The notes beneath the pieces were generated by a model, which was given only the letters and a program-made list of their open reading frames with translations, was not told the origin of the DNA and ran no database searches. Positions 35,752-45,104 of a stretch of DNA of 64,000 bases are shown here, piece after piece (positions within the stretch are counted from its first letter, which is position 1; every line of letters starts with the position of its first letter). Source of the stretch: an uncultured candidatus Porisulfidus sp. GTDB taxonomy: Bacteria > Pseudomonadota > Gammaproteobacteria > Poriferisulfidales > Poriferisulfidaceae. The stretch spans positions 448,001 through 512,000 of the forward strand of contig OZ220480.1 in the NCBI GenBank assembly GCA_965116025.1, read 5' to 3'. The position numbers were made by a program, and so were the translations under genes.

Positions 35752-38537
35752 GCCTCCCGCCCCCGTCGACGTCGGCGAATCGAATCGCCGATCCGCCGCG
35801 CCGCCTCGAGCTCCGCGCACCCATGCCGCCGCATGAGACTGGCCCGCCGCGCTTTCTCGTCTTTCTCCGTCTGACTCAGGGCCAGCGACAGCGCCGGAAC
35901 GACGTTGCGAAACGGAGTCATCAGCTTCCCGGACATCACCACGCCCTCGGTGTATTCGCCGGGCTCCTTCCGAGCGGACAGGATCATGGCCTTCTGCTCG
36001 TCGTCGAGCCTGCGGAACTTTCCGATCATGTCCACCTCGTCGCGCTCCATGGTCATGCATATCCACCATTCGGGCTGGTTGAGAAGCTCGCGGGCGGTCT
36101 CTGGGATCTGGCGCAGGCTCTGGGTGGCGATCCACAACCACGCGCCGTACGTGCGCCACATCGCGGAAATCGATAGGATGTACGGAGAGATCAGGGGGTT
36201 TTTCAAGAGCAGGTGCGCCTCGTCCAGAACCACCACGGTCTGCCGCGCCGAGTACTGACAGGCCCTCACCTGGTCGTTGACGCGCGACAGCAGCCCGCTC
36301 ATCGCCACCGCCAGCCACGCCTCGTTGCGCCGACGCGCCAGCGCCCCCAGCTCGACCACGGTCACGTCGGATTCGGGCCAGGACTTCCCGGGGCGATTGA
36401 AGATCTCTCCCGCCTGCCCCGTGCAGAACAGCTCGATCGCGTTGGCCATCCGGCTCAGGCTGCGCCGCTGCTCCTCGCTAAGATGATCGTCCAGCAGGCG
36501 ACCGGACTCGGCCGCCCGGTGCATCAGGCCCGCCAGATCCTGGGTCAGCACCGGCGCGTCCGGGCGCTTCGCGGCCGCGCTGGCGACCGCCAGCAACGAT
36601 TTCCGGATCAAGTTCAGGTCCTCGCGCGCCAGGCGCCGCTCCTCTTTCGGATCCCCGCCCGTCACCATCAGCCTCGCTTGGATCTCCATCTCGCCCAAGA
36701 GGTCGCGCCCGATCCCGTCGTCGCCGTCGCCCCCGGGCGCCGGGCTGGCGTCCAGAAGCGCTCGGGCGTCGGCGAACGGAGGGATGGGCGTTTGGTCCCC
36801 GTTGACGTGATGCACGGACAGGCCTTTCGACTGGAAATGCTTGGCGAGCAGGCCAAACGTCGGCAACGCCGTGATCAGGTACAACCGAGGGCGATGCACC
36901 GCGACCGCATGCAGCAGCGTGTTGACGAGAAAGGCGGTTTTTCCGGAGCCCGTCGGGCCGAAGACGAACATGTGCGCGTTCTTCGTTCGATCCAGCGGGT
37001 TCAACGGATCGAACGACAGCGGCTCCGCGCCGCGATTCCACGCCATCAGGCCCGGATGGCGCGTTCCGGTGGAACGGCCGTAGACCGGCAAGCACCGCGC
37101 CACGTGGTCCAGGAACCACAGGCGAGAACGGCGCGCGTAGAAACTGCGGTCTTGCGCCGGACTGAAGTTGAACGGCAACGCGCGGATGTAGGAATCCTGC
37201 GCCAGGGGGTCGTCCCGCGGGGGAATCAGCGCGACGCCATGGGCCATCAGGGTCGCGGACACGCTCCGCGCCCGGCGCTCCAGGGTCTCGTCGTTCGGAG
37301 CCGAGAGGAACACGCCACTGAAGACCGGCAGGATCGGATTGCCTTCGGACGCCGCGCGCGCCGCCTCGTCGGCGAGAGAGCGAATGGCGATCGCCTGCGG
37401 GTCGTCGCCGACCGCGTTGCGCCGCACGCGCGCCACATGCTCCAGAATCTCGTCTTGGGGAGCGAACGTCACGGCCATCATCCAGATCGCCCCCTCCGGC
37501 ATCCGGTCCCATAGCGTCTGGCGACGGTCCCCGATCCTGCGCTCGGCCGTCAGATGTCCGACGCGCGGCTCTCCCAGGATCGCGTTGACCGTCAAGAACC
37601 GATGGGGACGACCGTGGAAATGCCAGCAGTTCTTCTTGGCCGAGGACCAAGGGGCGCCGTGGCGCAAGGCCCGATGCGCCAGATCCCCCAGCGCCGCCCT
37701 CTCCAGGAGAGCCAGCGGCGTGGAGGGCAATGGCGCGCTCGAATTCTCGGCCGCGTCACGGCCCGGGCCGAACCAGTCCTCCAGCCACGCGCAGAGATCC
37801 TCGCCGCCCAGAGGAGTCAGGCGAACGCCGACTTGCGCCAGCGAATGGCCTAAGCGCTCGCACAGATCGTCCAGGCTCTGCCCGTCCGGAATTCCGCTCT
37901 GTTCCTCGACGCGCCAGACGCACAGCCGAATATCCCGGCTCTTTCCTTTCCACGGAGTCTGGCTGACCGGATCAAGGAACAGCCCGCCCTCCTCGCAAGC
38001 GTCCTCGTAGTGCTCGCGCAAGATCCTCATCCAGTCCCGCGAGTAGTCCGTGTCCCGAATTTCCGGGGCGACGTACCGCTCGAGCGCCTGCAGGTCACCA
38101 TCCAGGCGATAGCGGTCGCGCACGAAGAACTGCGCGATCCAAGGCCGGCGCCGGTTTTGCGGAAAGACGTCGCGCAGCAGGGGAACCAGACGCCGATGCA
38201 GATCCTCGATGACGTCGTCGGGCCTTCCCTCGGTCCGCGCGGGCGTCAAGTCGAACAGGCGCCCGACGCTGCGCAGATCTTTCATCAGGATCATGCTTGG
38301 CCCGAGGGCGGCCTTGGGGAACAGCAGATCCGCGAACGACGCCGAGGTCCGGATCCCCCGCGTGGCGGGCGGATCGTTCCCGATCGGTCGCGCGAACCGC
38401 TTTCGGGTCATCGGCCAACGGCCCATTCCGCTCCAGCATCGGGCTTCCGCGTCCGGCGCGCGCGCCGGGTCCGACGGCAACGCCGGGCGAAGCCCGGCGA
38501 GCCATCGGTCCAGAATATTCCTCCCGCGATCACTCAT
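35748..38537 (-). CDS. conjugative transfer ATPase, VirB4-like (PFL_4706/TIGR03744-like)
   Basis: TEGR, PWIAQFF, LPVYGRSTGTRHPG..WNRG, FDPLN..DR..NAH, Walker A GPTGSGKT, Walker B LDEAH, WLWIATQ, ARKEPG.YTEGV, TEKDEK. Confidence 0.9.
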   Translation of the reverse strand: MSDRGRNILDRWLAGLRPALPSDPARAPDAEARCWSGMGRWPMTRKRFARPIGNDPPATRGIRTSASFADLLFPKAALGPSMILMKDLRSVGRLFDLTPARTEGRPDDVIEDLHRRLVPLLRDVFPQNRRRPWIAQFFVRDRYRLDGDLQALERYVAPEIRDTDYSRDWMRILREHYEDACEEGGLFLDPVSQTPWKGKSRDIRLCVWRVEEQSGIPDGQSLDDLCERLGHSLAQVGVRLTPLGGEDLCAWLEDWFGPGRDAAENSSAPLPSTPLALLERAALGDLAHRALRHGAPWSSAKKNCWHFHGRPHRFLTVNAILGEPRVGHLTAERRIGDRRQTLWDRMPEGAIWMMAVTFAPQDEILEHVARVRRNAVGDDPQAIAIRSLADEAARAASEGNPILPVFSGVFLSAPNDETLERRARSVSATLMAHGVALIPPRDDPLAQDSYIRALPFNFSPAQDRSFYARRSRLWFLDHVARCLPVYGRSTGTRHPGLMAWNRGAEPLSFDPLNPLDRTKNAHMFVFGPTGSGKTAFLVNTLLHAVAVHRPRLYLITALPTFGLLAKHFQSKGLSVHHVNGDQTPIPPFADARALLDASPAPGGDGDDGIGRDLLGEMEIQARLMVTGGDPKEERRLAREDLNLIRKSLLAVASAAAKRPDAPVLTQDLAGLMHRAAESGRLLDDHLSEEQRRSLSRMANAIELFCTGQAGEIFNRPGKSWPESDVTVVELGALARRRNEAWLAVAMSGLLSRVNDQVRACQYSARQTVVVLDEAHLLLKNPLISPYILSISAMWRTYGAWLWIATQSLRQIPETARELLNQPEWWICMTMERDEVDMIGKFRRLDDEQKAMILSARKEPGEYTEGVVMSGKLMTPFRNVVPALSLALSQTEKDEKARRASLMRRHGCAELEAARRIGDSIRRRRRGREA

Positions 38538-38766
38538 TGAAGTCCTGCAGCACGTCGTCCAGAGTCGAGACCAGCCCCTCGCGCAACTCCTGGATTCGAA
38601 CGTAGTACGGGTCGTCCTCGACTCGCTCTCCTCCCTCGATCTCCGTTCTCATGTCCGCCAGCAGGTTGTCGATCGGAATCAGCGACACGTACAACCGCTT
38701 GGCGATCGGTTGCGCCATGATTCTTTCCAGCGTGACCTTCTTCTTGGTTTTTTTCTTTTTGCCCAT
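38530..38766 (-). CDS. small hypothetical protein with Lys-rich N-terminus
   Basis: Strong GAGGAGG RBS 7 nt before ATG 38766; fills the gap between two T4SS genes and overlaps the virB4 start. Confidence 0.65.
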   Translation of the reverse strand: MGKKKKTKKKVTLERIMAQPIAKRLYVSLIPIDNLLADMRTEIEGGERVEDDPYYVRIQELREGLVSTLDDVLQDFNE

Positions 38767-38778
38767 GATCATTCCTCC

Positions 38779-39807
38779 TCAGAAATTTTTTTGGCCAATG
38801 AATTTCCCTTCGCCCGGGACGCAACACTCGTAAGGACGCCACAGGTTCCAGGCATAGCTCCCGTCCGCGCTGGTCTTGTCGATCGACCAGTCTTGGGGAG
38901 ATCCGAACGTCTCGCAACGCGTCTGCGCGCGCGGGCTGATCATCTGCCAGCGCGCGTTCCGCTCGTTGATCGGGGGCAGCCAGGCGAGTTGCGCATGCCG
39001 GAGGCAACGCCCGGGTTCCGCCGGCGCCGCGCCCGGACGCCACGATCCTCCCGACCGCGCGCAGGCCGCGCGGTCGGGGGCGGCGGGGTCGCCGCGCGTC
39101 ACCCGGCGGCGGCCCTCGTAGCCAAACGGCACGTACACGCGGGACTGCCCCGGCCGCGTCACGATGTCGGCGGCGCGCTGCGCCGCCACGGCGGCCGCCT
39201 TCGCGTCCTCGGCCTGCCACACGAAGCCGACGCGCGGGAACACCGAGCCCCACGAGTTCTTCGGCCAATCGCCAATCTCGCGCACGCCCGGGGTCAGGCT
39301 TTCCGGTCGCGCGGATTCCGCCCCGCCCCGCCACTCCGGGTCTCGCGCGGAAACGAAATACAGGAACATTGGCTTGGCTTGGGAGCGGCATAGATAGCGC
39401 GCCCCGGAATCCTCCCCCCGCAACGGAAACGGATGCCCGACCGCGTCGACCTCCTTGAAGCGCAGGGCGTGGCCGTCGGCCGCGTCCGTGACGGGAAACG
39501 ACCCTCCTCCCAGCGCTTTGGGCGAGACGACCGGACGCAGCAAGGCGCGGAGCTCCGTCCAGGGCGGCATGCCGGTCTGGTCGTACGCGGTGAAGACCAA
39601 GTCCGGCAGGTGATGCCGAACCCGAGGCGTGGCGTTGACTCGGCAATGCCCGTACGCGCAGTTCAGCCAGAGGCACGCCCCGACGACCTTCCAGTCCAGA
39701 CAATCGGTCTGGAGCGAGCGCCGCGCCACGTCCGCCGTGTCGAAAGTCTCCGCCATGCCCGCGGAAAATCCGCATAGGAGCAAGCTGGCCAGGATCGGGG
39801 AGCGCAT
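38779..39807 (-). CDS. ICE protein PFL_4710/TIGR03756-like (TraU family)
   Basis: CLDWKVVGACLWLNC, VRHHLPD, PWTE, FKEVDAVGHP, WGSVFPRVGF, KAAAVAAQRAADIVTR, WQMISP, YAWNLWRPYECC. Confidence 0.9.
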   Translation of the reverse strand: MRSPILASLLLCGFSAGMAETFDTADVARRSLQTDCLDWKVVGACLWLNCAYGHCRVNATPRVRHHLPDLVFTAYDQTGMPPWTELRALLRPVVSPKALGGGSFPVTDAADGHALRFKEVDAVGHPFPLRGEDSGARYLCRSQAKPMFLYFVSARDPEWRGGAESARPESLTPGVREIGDWPKNSWGSVFPRVGFVWQAEDAKAAAVAAQRAADIVTRPGQSRVYVPFGYEGRRRVTRGDPAAPDRAACARSGGSWRPGAAPAEPGRCLRHAQLAWLPPINERNARWQMISPRAQTRCETFGSPQDWSIDKTSADGSYAWNLWRPYECCVPGEGKFIGQKNF

Positions 39808-40094
39808 CAGTCCGCTCGGGAGTCCAGCCCCACCGCGCGCCGCAGTCGCTGGCAAAGCCACAAATACGCGAGGCGGCACGCCCTCCCTCCCAAGGGCTCC
39901 TGGACGGGCGCGTCGTCGGAGTCGACCTCCATCCGGTCCCGGATCTCGGTCGTCAGCTCGTCCACGTCGAAGAAGCTCCGACTCATCAAGCGATCCAGCC
40001 CGCGAATCGACGCGTGGATGAACCGCATGTATTGCGTGATCAGGAACAGGCACGCCCCGACCGCCAGCAACTGGCACATGCGCACGGTCAGCAT
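39807..40094 (-). CDS. hypothetical protein with N-terminal TM segment
   Basis: TGATG overlap with the downstream gene; hydrophobic LLAVGACLFLI; start uncertain (40094 or 40157). Confidence 0.5.
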   Translation of the reverse strand: MLTVRMCQLLAVGACLFLITQYMRFIHASIRGLDRLMSRSFFDVDELTTEIRDRMEVDSDDAPVQEPLGGRACRLAYLWLCQRLRRAVGLDSRAD

Positions 40095-40243
40095 TGGCGC
40101 GCCTCCGGCCCGCGCGAACGCGCGATGGGGAGAGAGCCCGAGAGAAGAGCGGGACATTCCCCGGAGGCGGCGCGCCTCCGGCTTCCCGCGAGCGGCGTGA
40201 AATGGTTTTTCATGTTTCGTGCCCGTAGCGTTGCGAAAGGGAT

Positions 40244-40597
40244 TCAGCGCGCCACCTTCAGGATCGGTCCACGCTCGAACGCGTGGAACCGAGTGGCGTA
40301 CCCGGGAACCGGGATTCGGTCGGCCGTGAGGTGCGGATAGACGTACAGGATCAGTCCGGGGTTGGGCTGGACCCGGAATTCGCGGCGCAAGCGCCGGTCC
40401 GTCTCGGCCGTGAAAGAGGTTTCGATGGCCCGGTCCTCCGGCAGGGGGCGCGACATCGGCGCGGGCTCTCCGATCGGCAGGGCCCGCCGATACAGGTCGC
40501 GCACGACGCTTTCCGCTTCCGGAAGCGGCTCCGGCGGGGCGCAGGCGTTAATCCAGGCCGCCAAGAGAAACGCCGCGAGGGGAGATCGAATGGTCAT
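40244..40597 (-). CDS. conjugative transfer lipoprotein, TIGR03751-like
   Basis: Lipobox INAC; PNPGLILYVYPHL...PVPGYATRF. Confidence 0.85.
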   Translation of the reverse strand: MTIRSPLAAFLLAAWINACAPPEPLPEAESVVRDLYRRALPIGEPAPMSRPLPEDRAIETSFTAETDRRLRREFRVQPNPGLILYVYPHLTADRIPVPGYATRFHAFERGPILKVAR

Positions 40598-41780
40598 GAA
40601 TCGTTCGGGATGGCGAGTGGACGACCGCGATGGCGTCCGTGATATGGATGTCGACGTCGCGGCCGGCGGGAACCACCACCGCGTCCCAAGTGTCGTTGGC
40701 GAAACGCCGCAGGAAATCTCCGTACGCGGTGGCCGCTCCCTGGACCGTCTGCCCGAGCAGGTAGCGGAACGCGTCGCCCTCGACCCGGGTCGTCTCGACG
40801 TCTCCCTCGACGTCGCGCCGCACCTGCGACTCGGCGAACGCCCCGCCAGCCCCGGCCAGGACGCCGGCCAGCAGATGCCTGCTCATGTCTTCGGGAGCCG
40901 TGGTGCGGATCTCTCCGCTCAGGCAGGGGTTTCCGGATTTGTCGGCCAAATAGCCGAAACCCTCCCGCTCTGGAGCCTTCGCGACGTGGAAGGTTCCATC
41001 GTCGAACACGTAGACCAGACTCCGGATCGACGCGCTCGCGCACGACAGCACCGCGTCGCCGCGAACGACGCCACGCCACAGAATACCGCGCAGTTGCGGC
41101 AGTCGGACCCCGTTCGCCGTCAGGTTGTCGGCTTGGCTCACGACGACGAACGGCCACGGATCTCGCACGGCCCCGCCGCGGGGAATGCGGCCGACCAGCG
41201 CGGTCAGGGAGACCCCGGCCAGGATCGATGGAGGAATGTGGAATCTCGTCCGCTCGTCGAGTCGCTCGCCCGGAACCAGATCGTCCGAGACCATCTCCAT
41301 GCCGCGTCGCAACAGTCTTCCGCCGTCGACCGGCTCCACCCAGCTCAGTCGCGTGGAGACCGGCGTCTCCGGGAAATCGGCCGCCACGGCGGCAGGCGGC
41401 TCATGGGTCAGGGTGGACAGATCGAACGCTCTCTCGCCATGGCTCTCCTCGCCTCCCAAGGAGGGAGCCGATCGCGCCGCCGGCGCGTCCTCGAGATTCG
41501 GATCGCGCCGCGCCAACCGCTCGACGCGCGCCCTCAGCGCGTCGAGCGACTCGCTCAGCTTCCGGGTCCGTTCCGCCTGATCCAGAATCTTCCGCTCCAG
41601 GCGACGCATGCCCGTCGCCGCGGCGCGCACCTCCTCGGCGGTCTCGTCGAGCTCCCTGCTGGAAGAGACGGGACTCTCCGGCTCGACGGGCGGCGGCGAG
41701 AAGGACAGGAACGCCGCCATCAGCGCCAGCAGCCCGGCGACCCCGGCGAGCGACTTGAGCAACGTCGCGCGCGTGGTCAT
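40548..41780 (-). CDS. ICE protein PFL_4705/TIGR03752-like (VirB10-like)
   Basis: N-terminal TM plus coiled coil; LTALVGRIPRGGAVRDPWPF, NLTANG, GDAVLSC, FDDG, GYLADKSGNPCLSG, DAVVVPAG. Confidence 0.87.
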   Translation of the reverse strand: MTTRATLLKSLAGVAGLLALMAAFLSFSPPPVEPESPVSSSRELDETAEEVRAAATGMRRLERKILDQAERTRKLSESLDALRARVERLARRDPNLEDAPAARSAPSLGGEESHGERAFDLSTLTHEPPAAVAADFPETPVSTRLSWVEPVDGGRLLRRGMEMVSDDLVPGERLDERTRFHIPPSILAGVSLTALVGRIPRGGAVRDPWPFVVVSQADNLTANGVRLPQLRGILWRGVVRGDAVLSCASASIRSLVYVFDDGTFHVAKAPEREGFGYLADKSGNPCLSGEIRTTAPEDMSRHLLAGVLAGAGGAFAESQVRRDVEGDVETTRVEGDAFRYLLGQTVQGAATAYGDFLRRFANDTWDAVVVPAGRDVDIHITDAIAVVHSPSRTIHDHSISPRGVSLGGLD

Positions 41781-42541
41781 CGGGCATGCTCGAACGGAAC
41801 GGAGGAGATCAGCACCACGGTGGTCGTGTCCCGGGCGCTTCCAGACGCGTCCAGACGAGGATGCGCGATGGTGGCGGCCATGAACCGTCCGCGGATATCG
41901 CGAGGATCGAGCGTCAGCGGCTCGGACAACCGGTTGCGCACCATGATCGCGGTCACGTGATAGGGGCGCGCCTCCCACGCGGCGTGAGGCACGGACTCGA
42001 CCGCGCCCCCGCACGCGGACGGATGCCGCGCCCGGCAGCGAAACAGGTCGACGGGACGATCCTCGACCGTCGTCCGCCGGATGCCGGGCACCGAGACCTC
42101 GCGGAGATCGGGCGCGTACAGGGACTGCACGGCGTACCGCATCAGCGTCACGTACCCGGGAGGCCGCGCCGATGGATGCGCGAGAGCGGACCGGGGACCT
42201 TCCGGGGCCACCACGATGTCCAGAGGCTCCGTCGGCGCCTGGGCGTCGGCCCGAACGCTCAGCACCAGCAGCCCAGCCTCGGTCTCGAGGTACACGCGCT
42301 TCGGGGGAAAGGAGTCGCGGGCGGTGAACCAGACGTGAGGACCGGCGCTCTCGACTCGCAAGAGCTCTCTCAGCTTCCCGGAAAGTCCGACGCGGATTTC
42401 CCTCGCGCCCCGGATCTCGACGCGACGCTCCTCGCCGACCGGCAGCGGCACGGGGAGCGGGTCGCCCGTGTAGGTCAGCGACGACGCCCCAAGCGCGGGC
42501 AGGGACGCCAAGCATAGCGACAGCGCCGCGAGTCGCTTCAT
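41777..42541 (-). CDS. ICE protein PFL_4704/TIGR03749-like
   Basis: Signal peptide; PLPVPLPVGEERRV, LRVESAG, LMRYAVQSLYAP, LDPRDIRGRF..AT..H. Confidence 0.85.
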   Translation of the reverse strand: MKRLAALSLCLASLPALGASSLTYTGDPLPVPLPVGEERRVEIRGAREIRVGLSGKLRELLRVESAGPHVWFTARDSFPPKRVYLETEAGLLVLSVRADAQAPTEPLDIVVAPEGPRSALAHPSARPPGYVTLMRYAVQSLYAPDLREVSVPGIRRTTVEDRPVDLFRCRARHPSACGGAVESVPHAAWEARPYHVTAIMVRNRLSEPLTLDPRDIRGRFMAATIAHPRLDASGSARDTTTVVLISSVPFEHAR

Positions 42542-43170
42542 TCGAGAGCCGACATGTGCGAGCGCAAGCGCTCGGGAGGGCGGTATTGCCGGTTCAGGGC
42601 CAAGCCCCACTCGTTGGTTTCCGGGTCGGCATCGAGCAGAACGACCTCCAGAAAATAGCGGACGTCGATGTCCTTGTAGAGCTGGTCCTCCACGTAATCC
42701 CGGAGGCGGACGTCGAGGACGACCCGCCAGGCGTCTCGTCCGAGCGGGCTCACGGATTCGTTGCCGTAGCTGCCGGGGACCGGGCTGACGCTTCGTTGCC
42801 GGTTTCGGAATTGGGATTCGTGGCGCCGGTGCTCGCGGCTCAGCTGGGAGCGATAGCCCGGAGTGAGGAACGAGGACAGCCGCCGAATGTTCTTCAGATT
42901 GTCCACGGCGCCGTTGTCGGTCCAGTTGTTGATCTGCTGGTGGATATAGCCAGCGAAGACGTACGCTTCCCAAGGCTGGATCTCGTCGCCGCGCAAGGTC
43001 GCGCCATAGCGCAGTTGAGGCGGCAGACTCAGGCGCTGCGTTCCGGACGCGTGCCACCAGCCGGCGTAGGCCAGCAGTTGCGAGGCGACCAGAAACGCCA
43101 AGCCGACGTACAGCGTCCGCACGTGGCGGCGGCGGTTCAGCTCCTCGTCGCGGAAGCCGCGCGGCGTCAT
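42538..43170 (-). CDS. ICE protein PFL_4703/TIGR03746-like (DUF2895)
   Basis: HVRTL, PPQLRYG, YVFAGYIHQQINNW, FLTP, VRYFLEVV..D.DPETNEWGLAL. Confidence 0.87.
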   Translation of the reverse strand: MTPRGFRDEELNRRRHVRTLYVGLAFLVASQLLAYAGWWHASGTQRLSLPPQLRYGATLRGDEIQPWEAYVFAGYIHQQINNWTDNGAVDNLKNIRRLSSFLTPGYRSQLSREHRRHESQFRNRQRSVSPVPGSYGNESVSPLGRDAWRVVLDVRLRDYVEDQLYKDIDVRYFLEVVLLDADPETNEWGLALNRQYRPPERLRSHMSALE

Positions 43171-43490
43171 CGATCCATCCTCCAAGGACCTTCCCGCCAG
43201 ACGATTCCGGCGCTCTTCCCGAAATGCCGGGCGGCCCGTTGCAGGTAGCAGTTGGGCGGCCGGTTTCGTTTGAGATTCCGCAACGCCGTGCCCGCCAGCA
43301 GCACGGTGGCGAACGCGTTCAGCACCAGCGCCGGAAGCGCCCACAGCAGGGAACCGGCCCAGAGACAGAGCAGCCCGGCCCCCGCCGCGCCCGGAATCAG
43401 CGACAGCAGAATCGTCGCCGTCAGCTCGGTGCCGCTGAGGCCCCGAAACATGGGCGGCTCGAAGCCGAGCGGAGAGGCGGGCCGCGTCAT
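43167..43490 (-). CDS. conjugative transfer membrane protein TIGR03750-like (DUF3487)
   Basis: EPPMFRGLSGTEL, two TM segments, LKRNRP. Confidence 0.8.
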   Translation of the reverse strand: MTRPASPLGFEPPMFRGLSGTELTATILLSLIPGAAGAGLLCLWAGSLLWALPALVLNAFATVLLAGTALRNLKRNRPPNCYLQRAARHFGKSAGIVWREGPWRMDR

Positions 43491-43837
43491 TCGAAATCGG
43501 ACAGGATCTGCCCGCCCATATAGCCCATCAGGGCGATGATGATCACCACCAGCAACCCGGTCCCCAAGTAGATCCCCAGACTCCCCCAGTCGCCCTTGAG
43601 GCGGGCTTGGTTGAGTTTCGCTATCAAGCCGCCGCCATAGCCTAGGAAGGCCCCCACCACGAGGAGCCCGAACATCAGGGCCATGCCCGTGATCGCGACG
43701 GACTTGATGAACGCGAACGGGTCGGTCGCGTCGGCGGCGACTCCGTCGAAGACGGGCAAGTCCAACGTGTTGACCGCGAGTCCCCAGCGCGGATGCGACG
43801 CCATCGCGCAAGCCAGAGCCAACACGGCGCGCCTCAC
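43487..43837 (-). CDS. ICE membrane protein PFL_4702/TIGR03745-like (putative pilin)
   Basis: Leader plus two hydrophobic helices separated by 'KGDWG'; canonical position. Confidence 0.72.
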   Translation of the reverse strand: MRRAVLALACAMASHPRWGLAVNTLDLPVFDGVAADATDPFAFIKSVAITGMALMFGLLVVGAFLGYGGGLIAKLNQARLKGDWGSLGIYLGTGLLVVIIIALMGYMGGQILSDFE

Positions 43838-43841
43838 GGCC

Positions 43842-44081
43842 TCACTCCGCGAAGGCGATCACGGCGACCACCATGCAGAACACCAGGCCCGCCCACAGAA
43901 TCTGGGTGGCGACCTCGCCCACCGTCAGGGTCTCGTCGCGCAACTGCCGCAAGCTGGACGTGGCGATCCAGGACGCCCAGAGAGTCACGGCCAGCAGGCA
44001 GGCCGCGGCGATCGTCCCCGCGAGCGTCTCGCCCGAGATGCCCGAGGTGACCTCGAACTGATCGAGAAGGGGATCACTCAT
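43842..44081 (-). CDS. ICE protein PFL_4701/TIGR03758-like (DUF3262)
   Basis: 'FEVTSG' N-terminus, LWASW, two TM segments; follows the RAQPRD gene. Confidence 0.75.
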   Translation of the reverse strand: MSDPLLDQFEVTSGISGETLAGTIAAACLLAVTLWASWIATSSLRQLRDETLTVGEVATQILWAGLVFCMVVAVIAFAE

Positions 44082-44490
44082 GCGACCGATAGTCTCCGGT
44101 GATGTCCACGCTGTCGCGCGGAGCCGTCTCGGACACGGCCAAGGTGCGCCGCAGGCCAGTCATGATTCGGTCGAACTCGTCCGCCAGGCGCGCGTAGTCC
44201 ACCCGCACGCGGGCGCGCTCGTCACGGCGCGCGTGGGCCTCGTCGATCAGATGCCGCGCCAGTCGCAGCTCATGCAGCAATTGCCCGAGGATCCGTCGCT
44301 CGCCGGTATCCGGGCGCGTCAGGTAGTCGGGAACCAGCGCCGAGGATGCCGAATGGTCGACCAGCCGCGCCCGCGGGGCGGGATCCAACTCCCGAGGTTG
44401 CGAAACCGGAACCGGATCATGCGATTTCCCGCACCCTGCCGCCAGTAGCGCCAGGAGCGCGCCCGCCAGCCATTCAGCATATCTCGACAT
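44074..44490 (-). CDS. RAQPRD-family ICE protein
   Basis: RVRVDYARLADEFDRI..GL...TAPRD...GDY C-terminal signature; lipobox-like AAGC. Confidence 0.8.
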   Translation of the reverse strand: MSRYAEWLAGALLALLAAGCGKSHDPVPVSQPRELDPAPRARLVDHSASSALVPDYLTRPDTGERRILGQLLHELRLARHLIDEAHARRDERARVRVDYARLADEFDRIMTGLRRTLAVSETAPRDSVDITGDYRSHE

Positions 44491-44607
44491 TTCCTAGACC
44501 TCCCGTCTGGTGAGGGCCGCCTAAGACAAAACGGCCCTACGGCGCCCCAATCCATGGGGTTCCGCCGCCCGTGCAGTCTCGCCCATGGACCCGCGAAAGG
44601 CAAGAAG

Positions 44608-44633
44608 AAATGGTCACAATTTCGTGACCATTT
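44608..44633. promoter_or_regulatory. palindromic site AAATGGTCAC-N6-GTGACCATTT (copy 1)
   Basis: Perfect 10-bp dyad in the AT-rich gap upstream of the RAQPRD operon; second copy at 45818. Confidence 0.7.
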
Positions 44634-44717
44634 TTTCGATACGCAAGATAATGATTCTTCGATGAAATTTGTGTATAGAAACGAAAAATGTAAAGTGATT
44701 TTGATTATGTAAAGTTT

Positions 44718-45104
44718 TCAGCGGCCCTCTTCCACCGAGAGCCGCGCCAGCTCCTCGCGGTAGATCTCCTCGAACTCCATCGTCCGACGATAGAAATCGA
44801 GCATGAAGCGGGCGTTCTCCCGAGCGAATCGCCGACGCTCCTCCGGATCGTCGGCGTAGACGCCCAGAACCTCGTACGGAGTCATCTCGGCCAGTGGCTC
44901 GCCGATCAGAGCGCGACGCGATTGATACCGCCGCCACTCCTCCTCGCTCAGCCGCGACCACTGGAGCGCGCGATCGTCAGTGAGCAGCGACCGGCTCGTC
45001 TCCTCGCGGGCCGCGCGCGCGTCCAGCAGGGCCGACGCCGCGACGCCGGCCAGAAGCGCGAGTCCGGCCAGCCACCCGGTCACCCGGTATCCCGCCCCGC
45101 TCAT
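44718..45104 (-). CDS. ICE protein PFL_4693/TIGR03759-like, short form
   Basis: WSRLSEEEWRRY...TPYEVLGVYADDPEERRRFARE resembles the family N-terminal motif. Confidence 0.75.
   Translation of the reverse strand: MSGAGYRVTGWLAGLALLAGVAASALLDARAAREETSRSLLTDDRALQWSRLSEEEWRRYQSRRALIGEPLAEMTPYEVLGVYADDPEERRRFARENARFMLDFYRRTMEFEEIYREELARLSVEEGR

Noticed and set aside
40199-40213. TGAAA-N5-TTTCA dyad containing AAATGGT in the internal T4SS gap, as a third operator copy
   Set aside because: Lacks the GTCAC/GTGAC core and is too short to distinguish from chance
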